Assembly: GCF_001194135.2 (NCBI RefSeq)
Contig: NC_068982.1
Location: forward strand, 133,681,883 to 133,745,882
Source: Octopus bimaculoides
Taxonomy: Eukaryota
Direction: 5' to 3'
Length of the DNA: 64,000 bases
Within the stretch, counting starts at the first letter, position 1. Each line of letters starts with the position of its first letter. Made by a program: the position numbers and the translations under genes. The notes beneath the pieces are model-generated. The model was given only the letters and a program-made list of their open reading frames with translations, was not told the origin of the DNA and made no database searches. Below are positions 13,161 through 26,299 of this stretch, piece by piece.

Positions 13161-14704
13161 AATCAACTCGATGTCTTTCCATTTTTTTTTTGTTTTGCTT
13201 TTTGTTTTTGAAGTGGTCCAGGATGTTATCTTCATTGTTTAACATCCATTTTTCCATGTTTGCATGGGTCAGATGGAATATGTCAAGATAGATTTTCTAT
13301 GGATGGATGCCCTTCCTGTTACAACCATAATCTGTTTCCAAGTTGTGCAATATTTTCCTGTGGAAGACTGGGAATGTATACTATGTATGATGGTGATGCT
13401 CATTTACAATAATCACATGATGTCCAGATAAGAGCATACACACGTGTACGTGTGTGTGTCTGTGAGGTGCACTTCTTTCAGTTTCCGTCTACTAAATTCA
13501 CTCACAAGGCTTTGGTTGGTCTAGGGCTATGATAGAAGACACTTGCCCAAAATGCTGCACAGTGGGACTGAAATGAAGATCACATGGTTGGGAAGAAAGC
13601 TTTTTAACCTCAACAACCATGCCTACACCTATATCCTTCATCTGTATGTGTAACAGCAGCACTACTTCATATGTAGAAGTAAATCTCCATTGTGGGGCTT
13701 GCACACCTTTGTTTAGGTTTGTTAGTTATTGGGGCTCTCGAGTATTTTCTGACCCTAAAGACTGCTTTATCTGACTTTGAGGATATTCTCATGAGATTAT
13801 AAGGAAAAGTTGTTTTTAAGAACCCTTTGATTCTTAATGTATACTCAGTATGTTCACCTTTTGAACTGAATATACTCAATGGAAGTAAAAAGAAAAGACT
13901 ATAGTATATTCCTGAAGACTTTGGAGGAGTTTTTTATTATTTTTTATTAGGAAGTAAGATATGTAATGTTGTTAATAAATATTATTGTGTTCTTGTCTTT
14001 AGTTTGGTCTGAGTGTTATTACATTAATAATTATGTATTAAGTTGTATTGCAACATAAAAATATGTTATGTTGTAATTTATAAATATGTGGGTTAGTGTG
14101 TGTGTAATATGTAAAAATATGTCAACTTTGCCTTACTTTACAGGAAAATAGGTTTCCCAATTTACATGACACTTATTGTTTCTGATAAGTACATCCAGCT
14201 TTAAAATACTTATTTCAACAAATTATCCAAATGAGCAAACATACAGGTCTTTTGTCATAAGTAGCTTATGACTCCTTAGCTCCTTGCAACTTCTCAGTAA
14301 TTTTGTCTATATCTAGAAGGTCTTGGATCTCTAGAAAAACATGCATGACATGAGTGAGGTAGTTATGACACTCATGATATTGAGTGGATGTAATATTAAA
14401 GGTCACATGAGGCCTAAAAGACTATTTTTATTAAATCTAAAATATGAATAAAAGGTTTGACGATTTATTTTGATAGCTTATAATTCAGAATTTTAATTCT
14501 GACGATATCTGTACAGATTTTATCCCTCTGAATTCAATAGAACAAATAAGGGTAGAAACTAATGTTCAAATAGGTTTAATCTTCTTTTGTGTGACCAAAA
14601 CAAACAGATGGAAAATGATTTATTGAAATGTGTACTTTGAAGATGTATTTTACCCAGCTCTACTATGAATGATGATATATAAAATAAAACAGTTGCATAC
14701 AAAA

Positions 14705-14865
14705 GTGCTGATCACTTAAAGTGGATGGAACTTGTGGAAGAAGGTGACCCAGGAAGATATAGGACAAAGTATTGAAGACCACTCTCAAAACACTGAACCT
14801 TATGAAGGAGATGACAAAGGACTGAGATATCTAGCACTTTGCTGTACTAAAAAAAAAAACTCATT
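14705..14865 (+). mobile_element. RTE-clade LINE, 3' end of ORF
   Basis: CGRR*PRKI*DKVLKTTLKTLNLMKEMTKD*DI*HFAVLKK matches the RTE C-terminal GRGRPRKTW..V.K.DL..L.L..EM.KDR..WR.AV pattern. Confidence 0.7.
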
Positions 14866-16163
14866 TGCGACTGCAGAATTGATATTGGTAATGGTGTCAC
14901 ATAAAAAGTATTCATGCCATATTAAAAGCACTGGTGCAACATACTAAGCACTCTGTGGAGTGGTTGGCATTAGGAAGGGTATCAAGCCATAGAAATCATG
15001 CCAGAACAGACAATGGAGTTTGGTGCAGCCCTTGGCCTTACCAGCTCCAGTCAGACTGCTCAGCCATTGCCAAATTTGAATACAAATATTATATGAGGAT
15101 CATCATCATCATACACACACAAATATATATAAAAGCTTTTGTAAATTAACCACTGCGTTGAAAATGACCCTTAATAAATCCCTAGGTGGCATAAAGGCTT
15201 AAAATGTTTCTAAATCTAATATCTAAGCCTGATATTTGGGTGATCTTAGACAAATACTATTATATTTTTAACACAGGATTCTAATGAAAAATTTTCAACA
15301 CATTTAATGTGATATAATGAACAAATAGGATAATACTTTATCCACTGAGGCTGGGTTTTCTTCTCCATGTAAGCACATTTCTTTTGTTTTGTCAGTTTGT
15401 AACTCTTAACTTTCTGCATGATACAATACCAAACATGACTGCATCCGTCAGCCAATTCTGAAACACATGATATCACAAGAATCATATTGACTTTAAATTC
15501 ATTTTGAAGGAAATGGAGAACTCTCTAATATAAATAAGAAAACTAATCTCTTCCCCTATTTGTCATTCTGTTCTGTAACAGAATCATTACAAGATTGGGC
15601 TTTTGAATTAGATCAACTTTCAACAATATGCTACAAGTTAGTGTTTGTGGATGAATGGATAGGAACTTCCAGCTGTTAGCTTATAGAGTTTAGTTCCTCT
15701 CTGGTGCTAGCATGGTCTTGATTTCTTGATTTTAATCCTGTAGGGTATAGGTATCACTCAACAGAATGTAAAAGAAATTAAGTGGTTTCATTAAGTTTAT
15801 TTTCATATGTAGAATTTTATTCAATGTCCTTTTAGCACTGTATGGCTACATGCATCACTAGTTTAATTATTAGTAAAATAATAAATTGCTACTTTTGTTA
15901 TTATAGTTATTCACATATTTTCTGTCATCTGAGAAATAATCTATTACTAACACATTTTCATCAGTGAAGATATAGTCTTTGGATTTTCTCATGTCACAAT
16001 CCTAGCAATAGATTATTAAATCTTGTGCTTTTTTTTTTATGTATATATACCAGAATATGAAAACTCAGAGTATTACGTGTCAGCCATCTTGTCTTTGTTT
16101 TCTTGTTTTTACAAAACATAGCATATACAGAATTACATTGACTTGTTTTTTTCTTTTTCTTAA

Positions 16164-16491
16164 CCCCTTTTCCCGGTGACATCTTTTGGAGAAAACGTTT
16201 CATTTTCAGACGAATATTTTTTATCAGACGAGCTTGCACTCTCATCTGATGTATCCAAGCTTCTAATAGAAAGTTCATACTCATTGTCATTTTCTAAGTT
16301 CAATATCTGGGTGCAATATGTGTATGTGTGTGGGGGGAACCCTGATAAAAACTGAGGAATGCTGAGAACTGATATATAAACTCATCTGTGGCTGTTTTTG
16401 AAATTATATGTTTTGGACGAGTTTAATCGTCACCCTCTGAAAAAGACAAATTGGATGAAGACCAGTCAACTTGTCTTTGCCGGGTAAGGGG
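16164..16491. mobile_element. piggyBac non-autonomous deletion derivative (328 bp)
   Basis: TTAA|CCCCTTTTCCCGG ... CCGGGTAAGGGG|TTAA; subterminal palindrome-like gacgagtttaatcgtc; minus-strand acidic Ser-rich reading (LENDNEYELSIRSLDTSDESASSSDKKYSSENE) like piggyBac transposase N-termini. Confidence 0.7.
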
Positions 16492-17098
16492 TTAAGGTGG
16501 TCAGGTATGATTTGAAGATTATTTGCCTTCAGATTAAACAGACATTTAAAGGATCTCACTTGTTCATAATTTGCCCAGTTTTATGCTAAATCATTCTTTC
16601 TTTTAAAATGCTGCACCAAGAATTTGATTAGAAGGATGTGAAGATATCAAACACCTTAATACAAACTGCATTCTTTTTACATCCAAAGTCTATAATTATT
16701 TATACAGCCATAGGTACCTAGTTGATGTTTGTACAATGGCTGCAGATAGCTGAGTCATTAAGGTGCAGGTTAACTAGATAATGGTTCATTTTTTCTTAGT
16801 GGAGCAGTGCAGTCTCTACTAAAGAGATTTAACTCTAACTGATATAGTTGTATTTGTTCTATATAAATACTACAGGGATGGACATCTAGCTGACTACTTG
16901 CACTGTAAGGTCACTGTATAACAATTAAATGTTTCATCAAATCACAAAGTGTATGATTATGAGTACCATTGTAGGTGAATGTAGAAACAATATGGATGAA
17001 TGCATATGATACTGGAATACCAACTCAAAAATCTTTCAAATTACCTGCAGGTGTTTTATTGTGTATATGAGATTTGCACTTAATTCTACATGCTTCAG

Positions 17099-17122
17099 GT
17101 CACTTAGATTCTGAAGATATAG
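17099..17122 (+). CDS. Weak candidate 24-nt microexon (phase 1-1), (G)HLDSEDI
   Basis: Acceptor cttaattctacatgcttcag, donor TAG|gtatta, open in phase 1, length divisible by 3; pyrimidine tract is modest. Confidence 0.25.
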
Positions 17123-20100
17123 GTATTATCTCATCATATAAAAAGCATTACTCACAGTAGTTTGGTATGCTATCTCGAATGAGGTTTCGATCTCATACAC
17201 ATAATGCTTATGAAACAAAAGGAAAACACTGTCTCTCAGGAATGGTTCCTTACATCTTAGGAAACATATGCATTGTTTTTATTACTTAGAATAGAGGCTG
17301 CTAGGTTGAAGTTTATCTCCTGCTTACACTGTCTTTTTATTTCCTTATTTGAAAGACAAAAAATAATAACAAATAACAATTACTACATGACGCCTGACTT
17401 CATTTAAATGAAGGCTTGGAAGGATTTCGTAGATGTTATTGATAAGAATGTTGCTAGAAATCAACAGTGATGTAGTAGTGTTGATAACACATAACAATAG
17501 ACTTTTAAGGAACCATGTCTGCAACTTAGTTTATTTTATATGGTTTGTCACTAATGTCTTTAAAAGTGAAATGAGCATTGCTGCTTCCAGTTTCTTTTCT
17601 CTAAAAAATCTTAATCTTCATAGTTTATCTGGAAAAGGCACCAAGAGGATACTACTTGACTGAACCTTCTTCAAGAGATGAGAACATCATAGTAAGATTT
17701 ATACAAAATCACAGATATGCTACTGAGAGACTGAATGATATTGCATAATTATCTTCTTGGCTTACAGTTATGGTGTTCAGGGAATTTTGGTATATGAATG
17801 CAATTACTGAGCTGTTGCTTATTCTTATCATTTATGTTATCAAAGTATGAAAGATTAATTGAATGCCTAAGAAATTGTGAAACAAGGTTTTGTATGTAGG
17901 CTAGAAAGAATAAATTTTATAATATAATTTCTTTGTCGTAGAAAACCTGTGATACCTTGTAGAGATATCAGATTTAAAGAAATAAAAATAATTACTATAC
18001 TGTTTTGTTACTTTTGAAATTTTCTGCTATAGTTTTGGAAATTTTTTGTTATGATCTTAGAAAATTTGTCACTTGTCTACTGGCATAATAGTCACACTTT
18101 TTTTTTAAAAAACAGTATCTCAAGAAAATCACCTCAGGTTGTATATGTGAAGTTGAGCCTATATTCCATGCTTTAATGCACTACAAGCATTTTTCCTGAA
18201 TATGCACTGCTGAAATTGGTGTGCATCTATTAGACTCATGCACCTTCTATGCCGTCAAATAAGGTACTTGTTATTATGGAATTGGAATAAGCAATCTTAA
18301 TGTGAAACGAAGTATTTTTTTTTTAACAGTTAAATGTTCTTAGCTCTTCTTTGACCATACAGTTGTTTGTCTTTTCTCTCTGACCCAATACTGGCACATT
18401 GTTTATGACACAAAAGATATCCCATCCCCTTAAAAAAAAAGGAAGATCAAATGATTGGTATGTTATGTAAGAACTAATAATTTAAATAATTAAAATTGTG
18501 TAATGACAAGAAGAAAATATTTTGGTGCTGTTAGCTGTTGAAAAATGAAAGGGTGTGCATGGTTAAATAATTTAATAAATGGTCAATATAACTATAAAGT
18601 GCAACAGTTTGTACGTCTGCATGCATACATGTGTGTGCATGCATGTCATACAAAGTGCTAGTCTGCAAAAGCGAGAAAATGTAAGAGAATTTTGTATCGT
18701 AATGTTATCAAATTGCCTTCATAATTGAATTGATAATTGGTACAGACGATTTAGAGAGACAGTGATTGCTTACTAATTAAGAATGGAGTTTATATTGTGA
18801 GTCTCCACAGTTTGATAATAAAGCATTAAAACAGAATGCTAATGATGTTAGTGTAATTCCAGACTAGCTTATTACTCTTGTTGGCTCAGATCCAACAGCT
18901 TCTTGTTTCTACATTTCATTCACTGTACTCTTTATCTTGCAGCATTACTGAGATGAGTGGCTCACACAATACTGTCAGAGATAGTATTTCAGGAAATTAC
19001 AAAGATATAACTGCAAATTCAATGTCATCTTGGGAATGCCTTCACTCATACAGCTCCCTTCAAGTAATATCCGCATCCACTTTGGGAACTTAAGTGTTAT
19101 AGAAATACAGAGTTCAAAAACTAGTGTTACATTATGTAAATAGTGTCCATAACATGTTAGAGGGTGGTAGGGGGAGTATTGAATTGTTTCATCTTCACGG
19201 AATAATCTGTCAAATACAAGTCAACATGACTGTTAAATCCACTTCATGTTCTTATAACTTATCACCGGAATTACTATAATGAAACATAAGTGAAACATTA
19301 AATAGCTACATTTGGGACTTGAAATCAAGTTATTGAGTCAGCTGTCAAAGAGCTTACCACCCGTGAATAGCATTTATTTATTTTATGGTTAGTCCACATT
19401 ACTCTGTAAGGACCATTGGGCCAGATTCCTGGTTTCTCTGGCATATATATATTCCTTCCTGGATAGGACATTGGTCCATCGCAGGAATACTCATTTTTAC
19501 CTACTGAGTGGACTAGAACAACATAAAATTGTTTTGCTCAAGAACACAATGTTTCACCCAGTCCAAGAATCAAAATCTTATGATCCTGAGTCCAACACCC
19601 TAGCCTCTAAACCATGCACCTCTGCTATTCATTTTATAAACTTGGGAAATTAAGAATCAATTTCCCTTTAGTTAATGATGTTAGGGAATGTAACAATGCA
19701 GAACCTCCAAATTGCCCCCTCAAGACAGAATCAATCCTCCATTCATATATTTATTAGGCTGTAAAGATGACTGGAGATTGCCTTCTTGCATTCTTTTTAA
19801 CAAAAGGGTTGGAAGAGATGGGCAGAATTAATTGTACTTACCAGAATGTTTTGCATTTGATTTGTGAGTATTTAGTCCCTCATTAGTTCAGTCATTGAAT
19901 CAAATCTTATAGTCATTGTGTATTGTTGTACTCAAGTCATATTATACCAAAATATTTTTTTCTTTAGTTTGCTCTGAAAGATGGGGCTGTGTTCATGGCC
20001 TTCATAGCCCCTCCAAAATAAATGTGATTGATATGACTAACTTTCCCCTTGAACATTTGCAAATCAACAGTTTCAGAGAAAATGTTTGAGGCCAGAATTC

Positions 20101-20414
20101 CAGTGGGACAGCATTCTAGAAAGGAAACACTTGGTATAGTAGTGAGTTCAGAGTTTGGAATAATTGGCACTGTATGGATAAGTGGAGGGATAAATGATAT
20201 GATAGTTTCTGAGTGTAGTGGGCATGAGGCCAACTAGCTCTGTAGAGTAGAAACCACTGTGGTAATAGTGGTGGTGGCTGCAGTGGCGACAACGACGATA
20301 ATAACAACAACATGTCTGAGGTTGAAATGTTGGTTATGACTTCATGCTAATCAGTTGAGTGGCCTTTTTTTGTTTGATGAAATGTAGGATTTCTATATGT
20401 GTGTGTGTGTATAA

Positions 20415-20814
20415 CAGCAGTGTTCTATTGTGGGTCTTATCTGAGCTTTGTAGAGAATTGAAAGTCATTGGAGTCTGAAGTATTTTCTGGCCATGAAAAA
20501 GGAGGCCAGTCTTTGTGGTGCAATTTCAACTACACTGAGGATGTACATTTTCCAGATTGTGGTGAAGGTTTGCATTTATAATGATCTTGAGTATCTTAGT
20601 AGCTGTTTACATTTAGAGGGTGTGTGCAGTAATGTTTTCTTCTTGAAGGTGTGAAGATTGGTATGACTCTATTGGAGAATGTTTTTGAAGTCTCTTCATA
20701 GAGTAAAAATTTGTGTATGTATTATCAAGGTTGCATGTTGATGGTACTTAGATGCAGAAGGATGGAGGAGAATGAAGGGAAGGATGGTATCTGTGTAGTA
20801 GTAGATGTGTTTGA
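20415..20814 (-). mobile_element. Decayed CR1/L2-group LINE, RT YADD region to C-terminus (left part, interrupted by the NUMT)
   Basis: Minus-strand translation gives IYYYTDT (cf. IHSYADDT) and WKMYILSVVEIAPQRLASFFMARKYFRLQ*LSILYKAQIRPTIEHC (cf. W..HI..IAK.ASQRLG.LFRARKYF...L..LYKAQIRP.MEYC). Confidence 0.75.
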
Positions 20815-21029
20815 GTTTTTTTAATAGAGAGTTGGGTCTGTTCGTTGATTAGTATTTAACAGCTGCGGTATTATAACTGTACTAAGGTAGCATAATGATT
20901 TGCTCTATAAATTGGGGTTAGAATGAATGGTTTGATAAAAGTTATACTGTCTCTATTTCATTTATTAGAAATTAATTTTTATAGTGAGAAAGCTTAAATG
21001 ATTTAAAGGGACGAAAAAACCCTATTAAA

Positions 21030-21068
<39 letters not shown>

Positions 21069-21161
21069 TTTATTTGTTTATATATGATTTATTTATAATT
21101 AATTTTGGTTGGGGTGATCAAGGAATAAGAATTCTAGGTTAAAAATAACTTCCTTAAATTA
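20811..21161 (+). pseudogene. rrnL: NUMT: nuclear copy of part of the mitochondrial 16S rRNA gene
   Basis: Conserved mt-16S motifs in the correct order: aacagctgcggtattataactgtactaaggtagcataat, gaatgaatggtttga, atagtgagaaagctt, aaagggacgaaaaaaccctatt (cf. GACGAGAAGACCCT), aattttggttggggtgatcaaggaata, ataacttcctt. Substitutions in conserved motifs and an internal (TA)n run indicate decay. Confidence 0.92.
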
Positions 21162-21345
21162 TTTGATGTATAAGAGAAGTAGTGGCGTGTGACAAAACTA
21201 ATCATGGCATACCAAAGTTGATTGTGTTGGTGAAAGAGCTCCTGTAGCAAGTACTCTGATAACGTGATCTACCAGGAAGCCTCCATCCAGCCTGAGAGAT
21301 GGCTGGAGCCCAGAAATGGGCAGTTTTGCCAGGAAATTTGCATAC
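21162..21345 (-). mobile_element. Same CR1/L2-group LINE, RT GVPQG region (right part)
   Basis: Frameshifted minus-strand translation GFLVDHVIRVLATGALSPTQS / INFGMP*.VLS / LYI matches SFL.DR.IRV..DG.LS...INSGVPQGSVLSPTLFLLYIND, the segment just upstream of the left part. Confidence 0.65.
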
Positions 21346-22677
21346 TAGACACATTAACAAAAAAGCCTTGTTGAAATTATTAAAGTATTAGTCATTAAGT
21401 GAATGTACTTTCGTCATCACTTACTATATGAAATATGTTAACACTAATTCAACATATTATACTCAGTTTGCCTCAATGAACTTGACTGACAAATAGATTC
21501 AAACTATTTCTTCAGGATTAAAAGATTGATATTAGGAAGAGCATCACATTGTGGAGGGTAAAAATAATAATAATTGCTCTTTCTAGTCTACAAAAATGCC
21601 ATTCCATTTATACATGGAATAATATCAGAATGAATATAACACTCACACATAAAAACTCATTCCACCTGTAGACATAAAGTAGTTTAAAAAAAAAAAGAGA
21701 GGAAGTCTACATGGAATGTAATTACTCTATATCAATGGTACATTTCCTTAACTAAATTATATTAAGTTTTTATTATTCAAGCATAATAGTTATTTTTTAA
21801 AATCAAATAACACCTTCAGCTTCTATATATTATGAGAAATAGAAAATTTTTTCACGTAATAAAAACATAATTCTCGAGAAGAAATGTTTACGTCTCTATT
21901 TTTCACATCCATTCACTCCTTGTTCTGTTATTGTTGAAGTTTAAATCTTGGTTCTCTTCATTTACATATTTTAGTTCTCCATTTTATATATATATTGTAT
22001 TTCAGAGTAAATATAAATCTTTTCTCAGTATTTCAATTTTTTTTCCTTATTTTTTTCTAGTATTTGAAATGGAATCTTCAATTTTTCTTCTTATTGTATG
22101 TAGTATTTCTTGACAGACGTATTAAAAAAAAACTTTTTTTTAGTTGATAACAAAGACTATTATATCTTTCAATAATGTTACTTTAAAATTATGTCACCAA
22201 GTCAATTTGTTTATTGTCATTGTACGAAAAAAATGGCTGCTGTTATAGTCAAAATCAGCAGCAGCTGCCTGATGAGGGTTTTTATTATTTTGTTCATGAC
22301 AGCTCAACACCTGTCACAACATTCATGGTTCCTTGGTATAGGCTGAGGCCAACATCTCATACATTTGACCATTTCATTTTTTGTTGTTTTTTTTGTTTTT
22401 GAGATATTGCCTGCTACAGTCAGTCACACATAACAATTTAGCTTAGAGGCACACCCCACAAAAATTAAATCGAGTTAATTGAGAAGAAATTAGCCTTTTC
22501 CAAATTCTTTCAAGAACTTTGAATTGAATTCAAGACTGCAGGCAATTTGTTCCAGTGGTATATGAAGTCAGGCATGGCTCTGTAGTTAAGAAGTTCACTT
22601 TGCAACTGTGTAATTCTGGGTTCGGTCCCAATGCACTGCACCTTGGGCAAGTGTATTCTGCTCGAGCCTCAGCCTTA

Positions 22678-23116
22678 TATATATATATATNNNNNNNNNN
22701 NNNNNNNNNNNNNNNNNNNNNNNNNNNNNNNNNNNNNNNNNNNNNNNNNNNNNNNNNNNNNNNNNNNNNNNNNNNNNNNNNNNNNNNNNNNNNNNNNNNN
22801 NNNNNNNNNNNNNNNNNNNNNNNNNNNNNNNNNNNNNNNNNNNNNNNNNNNNNNNNNNNNNNNNNNNNNNNNNNNNNNNNNNNNNNNNNNNNNNNNNNNN
22901 NNNNNNNNNNNNNNNNNNNNNNNNNNNNNNNNNNNNNNNNNNNNNNNNNNNNNNNNNNNNNNNNNNNNNNNNNNNNNNNNNNNNNNNNNNNNNNNNNNNN
23001 NNNNNNNNNNNNNNNNNNNNNNNNNNNNNNNNNNNNNNNNNNNNNNNNNNNNNNNNNNNNNNNNNNNNNNNNNNNNNNNNNNNNNNNNNNNNNNNNNNNN
23101 NNNNNNNNNNNNNNNN

Positions 23117-23198
<82 letters not shown>
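22678..23198. repeat. (TA)n - N gap - (CT)n
   Basis: Direct reading. Similar microsatellite-bounded gaps at 3787-4005, 8110-8660, 28670-28730 and 34190-34262. Confidence 0.95.
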
Positions 23199-23203
<5 letters not shown>

Positions 23204-25214
23204 TGATTCTAAAGTCATCATGACATTACATAGGTCTTGGAACTATATGCCAGTTATTGATTGGACGGCTGCTCTGCCAGTAAGCTGGTTCTTTACTATT
23301 GGTATAGGTATTAAGTTATTGACTAACAGTCGCAGCAAGGGAAACATTTAGTTCTTGGTAAACCAAGTATGTGACCCGGTTTCAGTCTGTAGCTGAAATC
23401 AGTTTCACCTCATGACACTTTACAGGTCACTTTGCTGATTCTTCTCCTTGAAAGGTATGAATATTATACACAGGATTTCTGTTTTTCTTTTCCATGTTAA
23501 TTCTAAAGCTTCACATTTAATTAATTGATGACAATATCCTTTCTCTATTGCATTTATTTAATTTTGCTATTTGAGAGCTGCACATAGTGAAGGCAAAAAA
23601 GAAATGTAAAGTTGACTTTTGCAGGATTTTAACAAAGTATAGTGAAACATTGAGACAAAAATGCAGGAAAACTCCTGTTGCAATTGAGACTTCTGTAGTC
23701 TTCAGCAGACATAGAACTCCCTTTTGACTCTCGCACTCTTGACCCAGCATAACACAGAGGATGTTATAGTTGACAGGAGAGAGGGCTGCTGCACCAGTAC
23801 TCAGTTGATACTCATTTTCAGCTGAATAGACTTGAGCAGTGTGAAATGGAGCACCTTACTCAAGGACTCAACTCATTGTCTGCTCCAGGAATCAAACTCA
23901 CAGCCTTACGATGGAGAACTCAATACTGCAACTACTAGGTCATGTGTCTTTATAAGGCACTGCAAAAGAAATTGCAAATCATTCTGTCTAAAACCATTTT
24001 TTACTCATCTGTATATATAGACGCACTTGTTATTTTTCCTCCGTTTTCTTATCATTTATCTATCTATCTATCTATCTATATATATATATAATTGCTATTA
24101 TGTTAAACTGTCGTATGTCCAAATTTGGCCAAATGCGTTTTTTTTTGTTTTTTTTTTTTCAATATTTATTTTTGCTTGCAATAGCCAGTTCTTTGGGTCA
24201 AACTATCATATCTCCAGCTGCTTTAGATGCCAAGATTTCAAAAATTGTCAAAGTGTAGTACAATGGTTTTGCTCTAGAATGGTAAAACTATTTTTTCATT
24301 TTCTGAAAAAGCATTGTTCTGGACTTAGAACACTTTTGCATAATAGCAACAATATATAATTGATTAAGTAACCAGAAGATGGATTTGATATTAGTCTTTA
24401 TTCTCTACAAAAATTGTTTCTATCCATTTTGCCATCTGGGTCACATCAGATACTTCCATACATAAAGTGATGTCTTGCTAAAGATCTTGAGTTTTGACGG
24501 TCATGTTGTTCTTCGCCTGTTGAGTTGGGGAACAATAGCGGAATGGGTCAAAATGATGATTGCACAGAATAAAGACTAATGACAAATCTATCTTCTACTT
24601 ACTTAATTATTATTATTATTTCAACTAACACTGGGGAATTCCTGAAGTAGATCCAACAGAAATATACCCCAACTGTGGATGACACCAGGTAGCCCAAACT
24701 CAACACTCTAATTGACATGTACCCATTAGTCCAAAATATTACATATATATATATATGGTAAAAGGTAACAACCCCCTTCAGTCATGAATGACCGTGGGAT
24801 TGCACCCAGAAAGTTCACCTCCGAGGTACAAGTCCAAGCAAAGTTCTTTGTGAAGATTAGCAGTCGCTGATGCATACCAGCCTCTCTTCTTCATGTCACC
24901 AAGGGAAAGGCAAAAGCCAATACAACTTAGCACCAATGATGTTGCAACTCATTTCTACAGCTGAGTGAACTGGAGCAATGTGAAATAAAGTATCTTGCTC
25001 AAGAACACAACACAGCCTGGTCCAGGAATCAAACTGATTACCTCATGATTGTGAGCCCAACACTCTAACCATTGAGTCATGTGCCAAATTTTGGATTCTT
25101 AGTTACATTCCTTTCTGTTTTTGAGTTAAAATATCAAAAAGTTGACTTTATCTTGCATCTCTCTTAAGTTGATAAACAGTACATGGTGTAGTGAGGGTGG
25201 TAGGGATGCAGGTC

Positions 25215-25490
25215 AATGCTTAACATCCATACAGTCAGAGGAATTAGGAGGCCAGAAATTGGGGCTGGTGAAGTCATAGAAATTCTTACTTTTTCTGGAG
25301 GTATGACAAGAAGCTGTATAATGCTACCACACATATAGCCTCCTAGCAGCAACCTCCTCCATCTGGGGATTGACCACAGTCTCCATCAGCTTCATATAGC
25401 TGTCTGGATTGAGCCTAAGGCCCTGCTCAAAGATGAGGGATGAATTCTGATGTGTGGATGCAGTCAAAATGTTTACTGTGTCCCTTCATG
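25215..25490 (-). mobile_element. Tc1/mariner transposase catalytic-domain fragment (pseudogene)
   Basis: One frame: LIFEQGLRLNPDSYMKLMETVVNPQMEEVAARRLYVW*HYTASCHTSRKSKNFYDFTSPNFWPPNSSDC; contains a degenerate WQQD.A.CH motif and the WPPNSPD motif of mariner-like DDD transposases. Confidence 0.8.
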
Positions 25491-25752
25491 TTGGTCACAG
25501 TTTCTTAACCTCCATTGCAGCATTTACAATTTCACACAGACATCTGAAATTAAGCTTAAGGTTTTGTCTTAAGATGTGAGGGGGCATGAACATCACCCAC
25601 AAAGATGAGGTGAAAGAACAACAAACAGGGGGTATTAGGTTGGTGTTCAGGAAATTTGGAAGAAGTTTTTACTGTTCAAGCCTATGCTCTTCTACAGAAA
25701 GGATAAATGAGGAGAGAAGAGAGCCAAACCCTTAAGGTATATATGTTTATAA

Positions 25753-25792
<40 letters not shown>

Positions 25793-26110
25793 GGCGCAGA
25801 AGTGGCTGTGAGTTAAGTAGCTTGCTTACCAACCACATGGTTCCAGGTTCAGTCTCACTGCATAGTGCCTTGGGCTGACCAAAACCTTGTGAGTGGATTT
25901 AGTAGACAGAAACTGAGAGAAGCCCATTGTATATATATGTATATGTTTGTGTGTCTGTTTGTGTCCCCGTAACCTAGTGGTTTGGCAAAAGGGATTGATA
26001 GAATAAGTACTAGGCTTACAAAGAATAAGTTCTGGGGTTGATTTGTTCGACTAAAGCTAGTGCTCCAGCATAGCCGCAGTGAAATGTCTGAGGCAAATAA
26101 AAGAATAAAG
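25793..26110 (+). mobile_element. tRNA-headed SINE family A
   Basis: Head ggcgcagaagtggctgtgagttaag (A box) ... ggttccaggttcagtc (B box), body ccttgtgagtggatttagtagacagaaactga, A-rich end aaataaaagaataaag. Confidence 0.85.
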
Positions 26111-26299
26111 GAAAAAGCACCCACTACACTCTCTGAGTGGTTGGCGTTAGGAAGGGCATCCAGCTGTAGAAACTCTGCCAAATCAGACTGGAGCCTGGTG
26201 TTGCCATCCGGTTTCACCAGTCCTCAGTCAAATCGTCCAACCCATGCTAGCATGGAAAGCGGACGTTAAACGATGATGATGATATATATATATATATAT

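Noticed and set aside
18070-18267. Possible pogo/Tigger-like MITE (3' end tatgccgtcaaataaggta)
   Set aside because: The left TIR is too degraded to confirm.
18943-19063. 121-nt open exon candidate (ITEMSGSHNTVRDS...)
   Set aside because: Splice sites are plausible but the phases (2 to 0) do not link to the supported exons, and there is no recognisable similarity; cannot be supported without RNA data.
20800-21170. Functional rRNA gene, or LINE-16S template-switch chimera
   Set aside because: The fragment is partial and mutated; the LINE continues on both sides and is antisense to the rRNA, so DNA-level insertion fits better.
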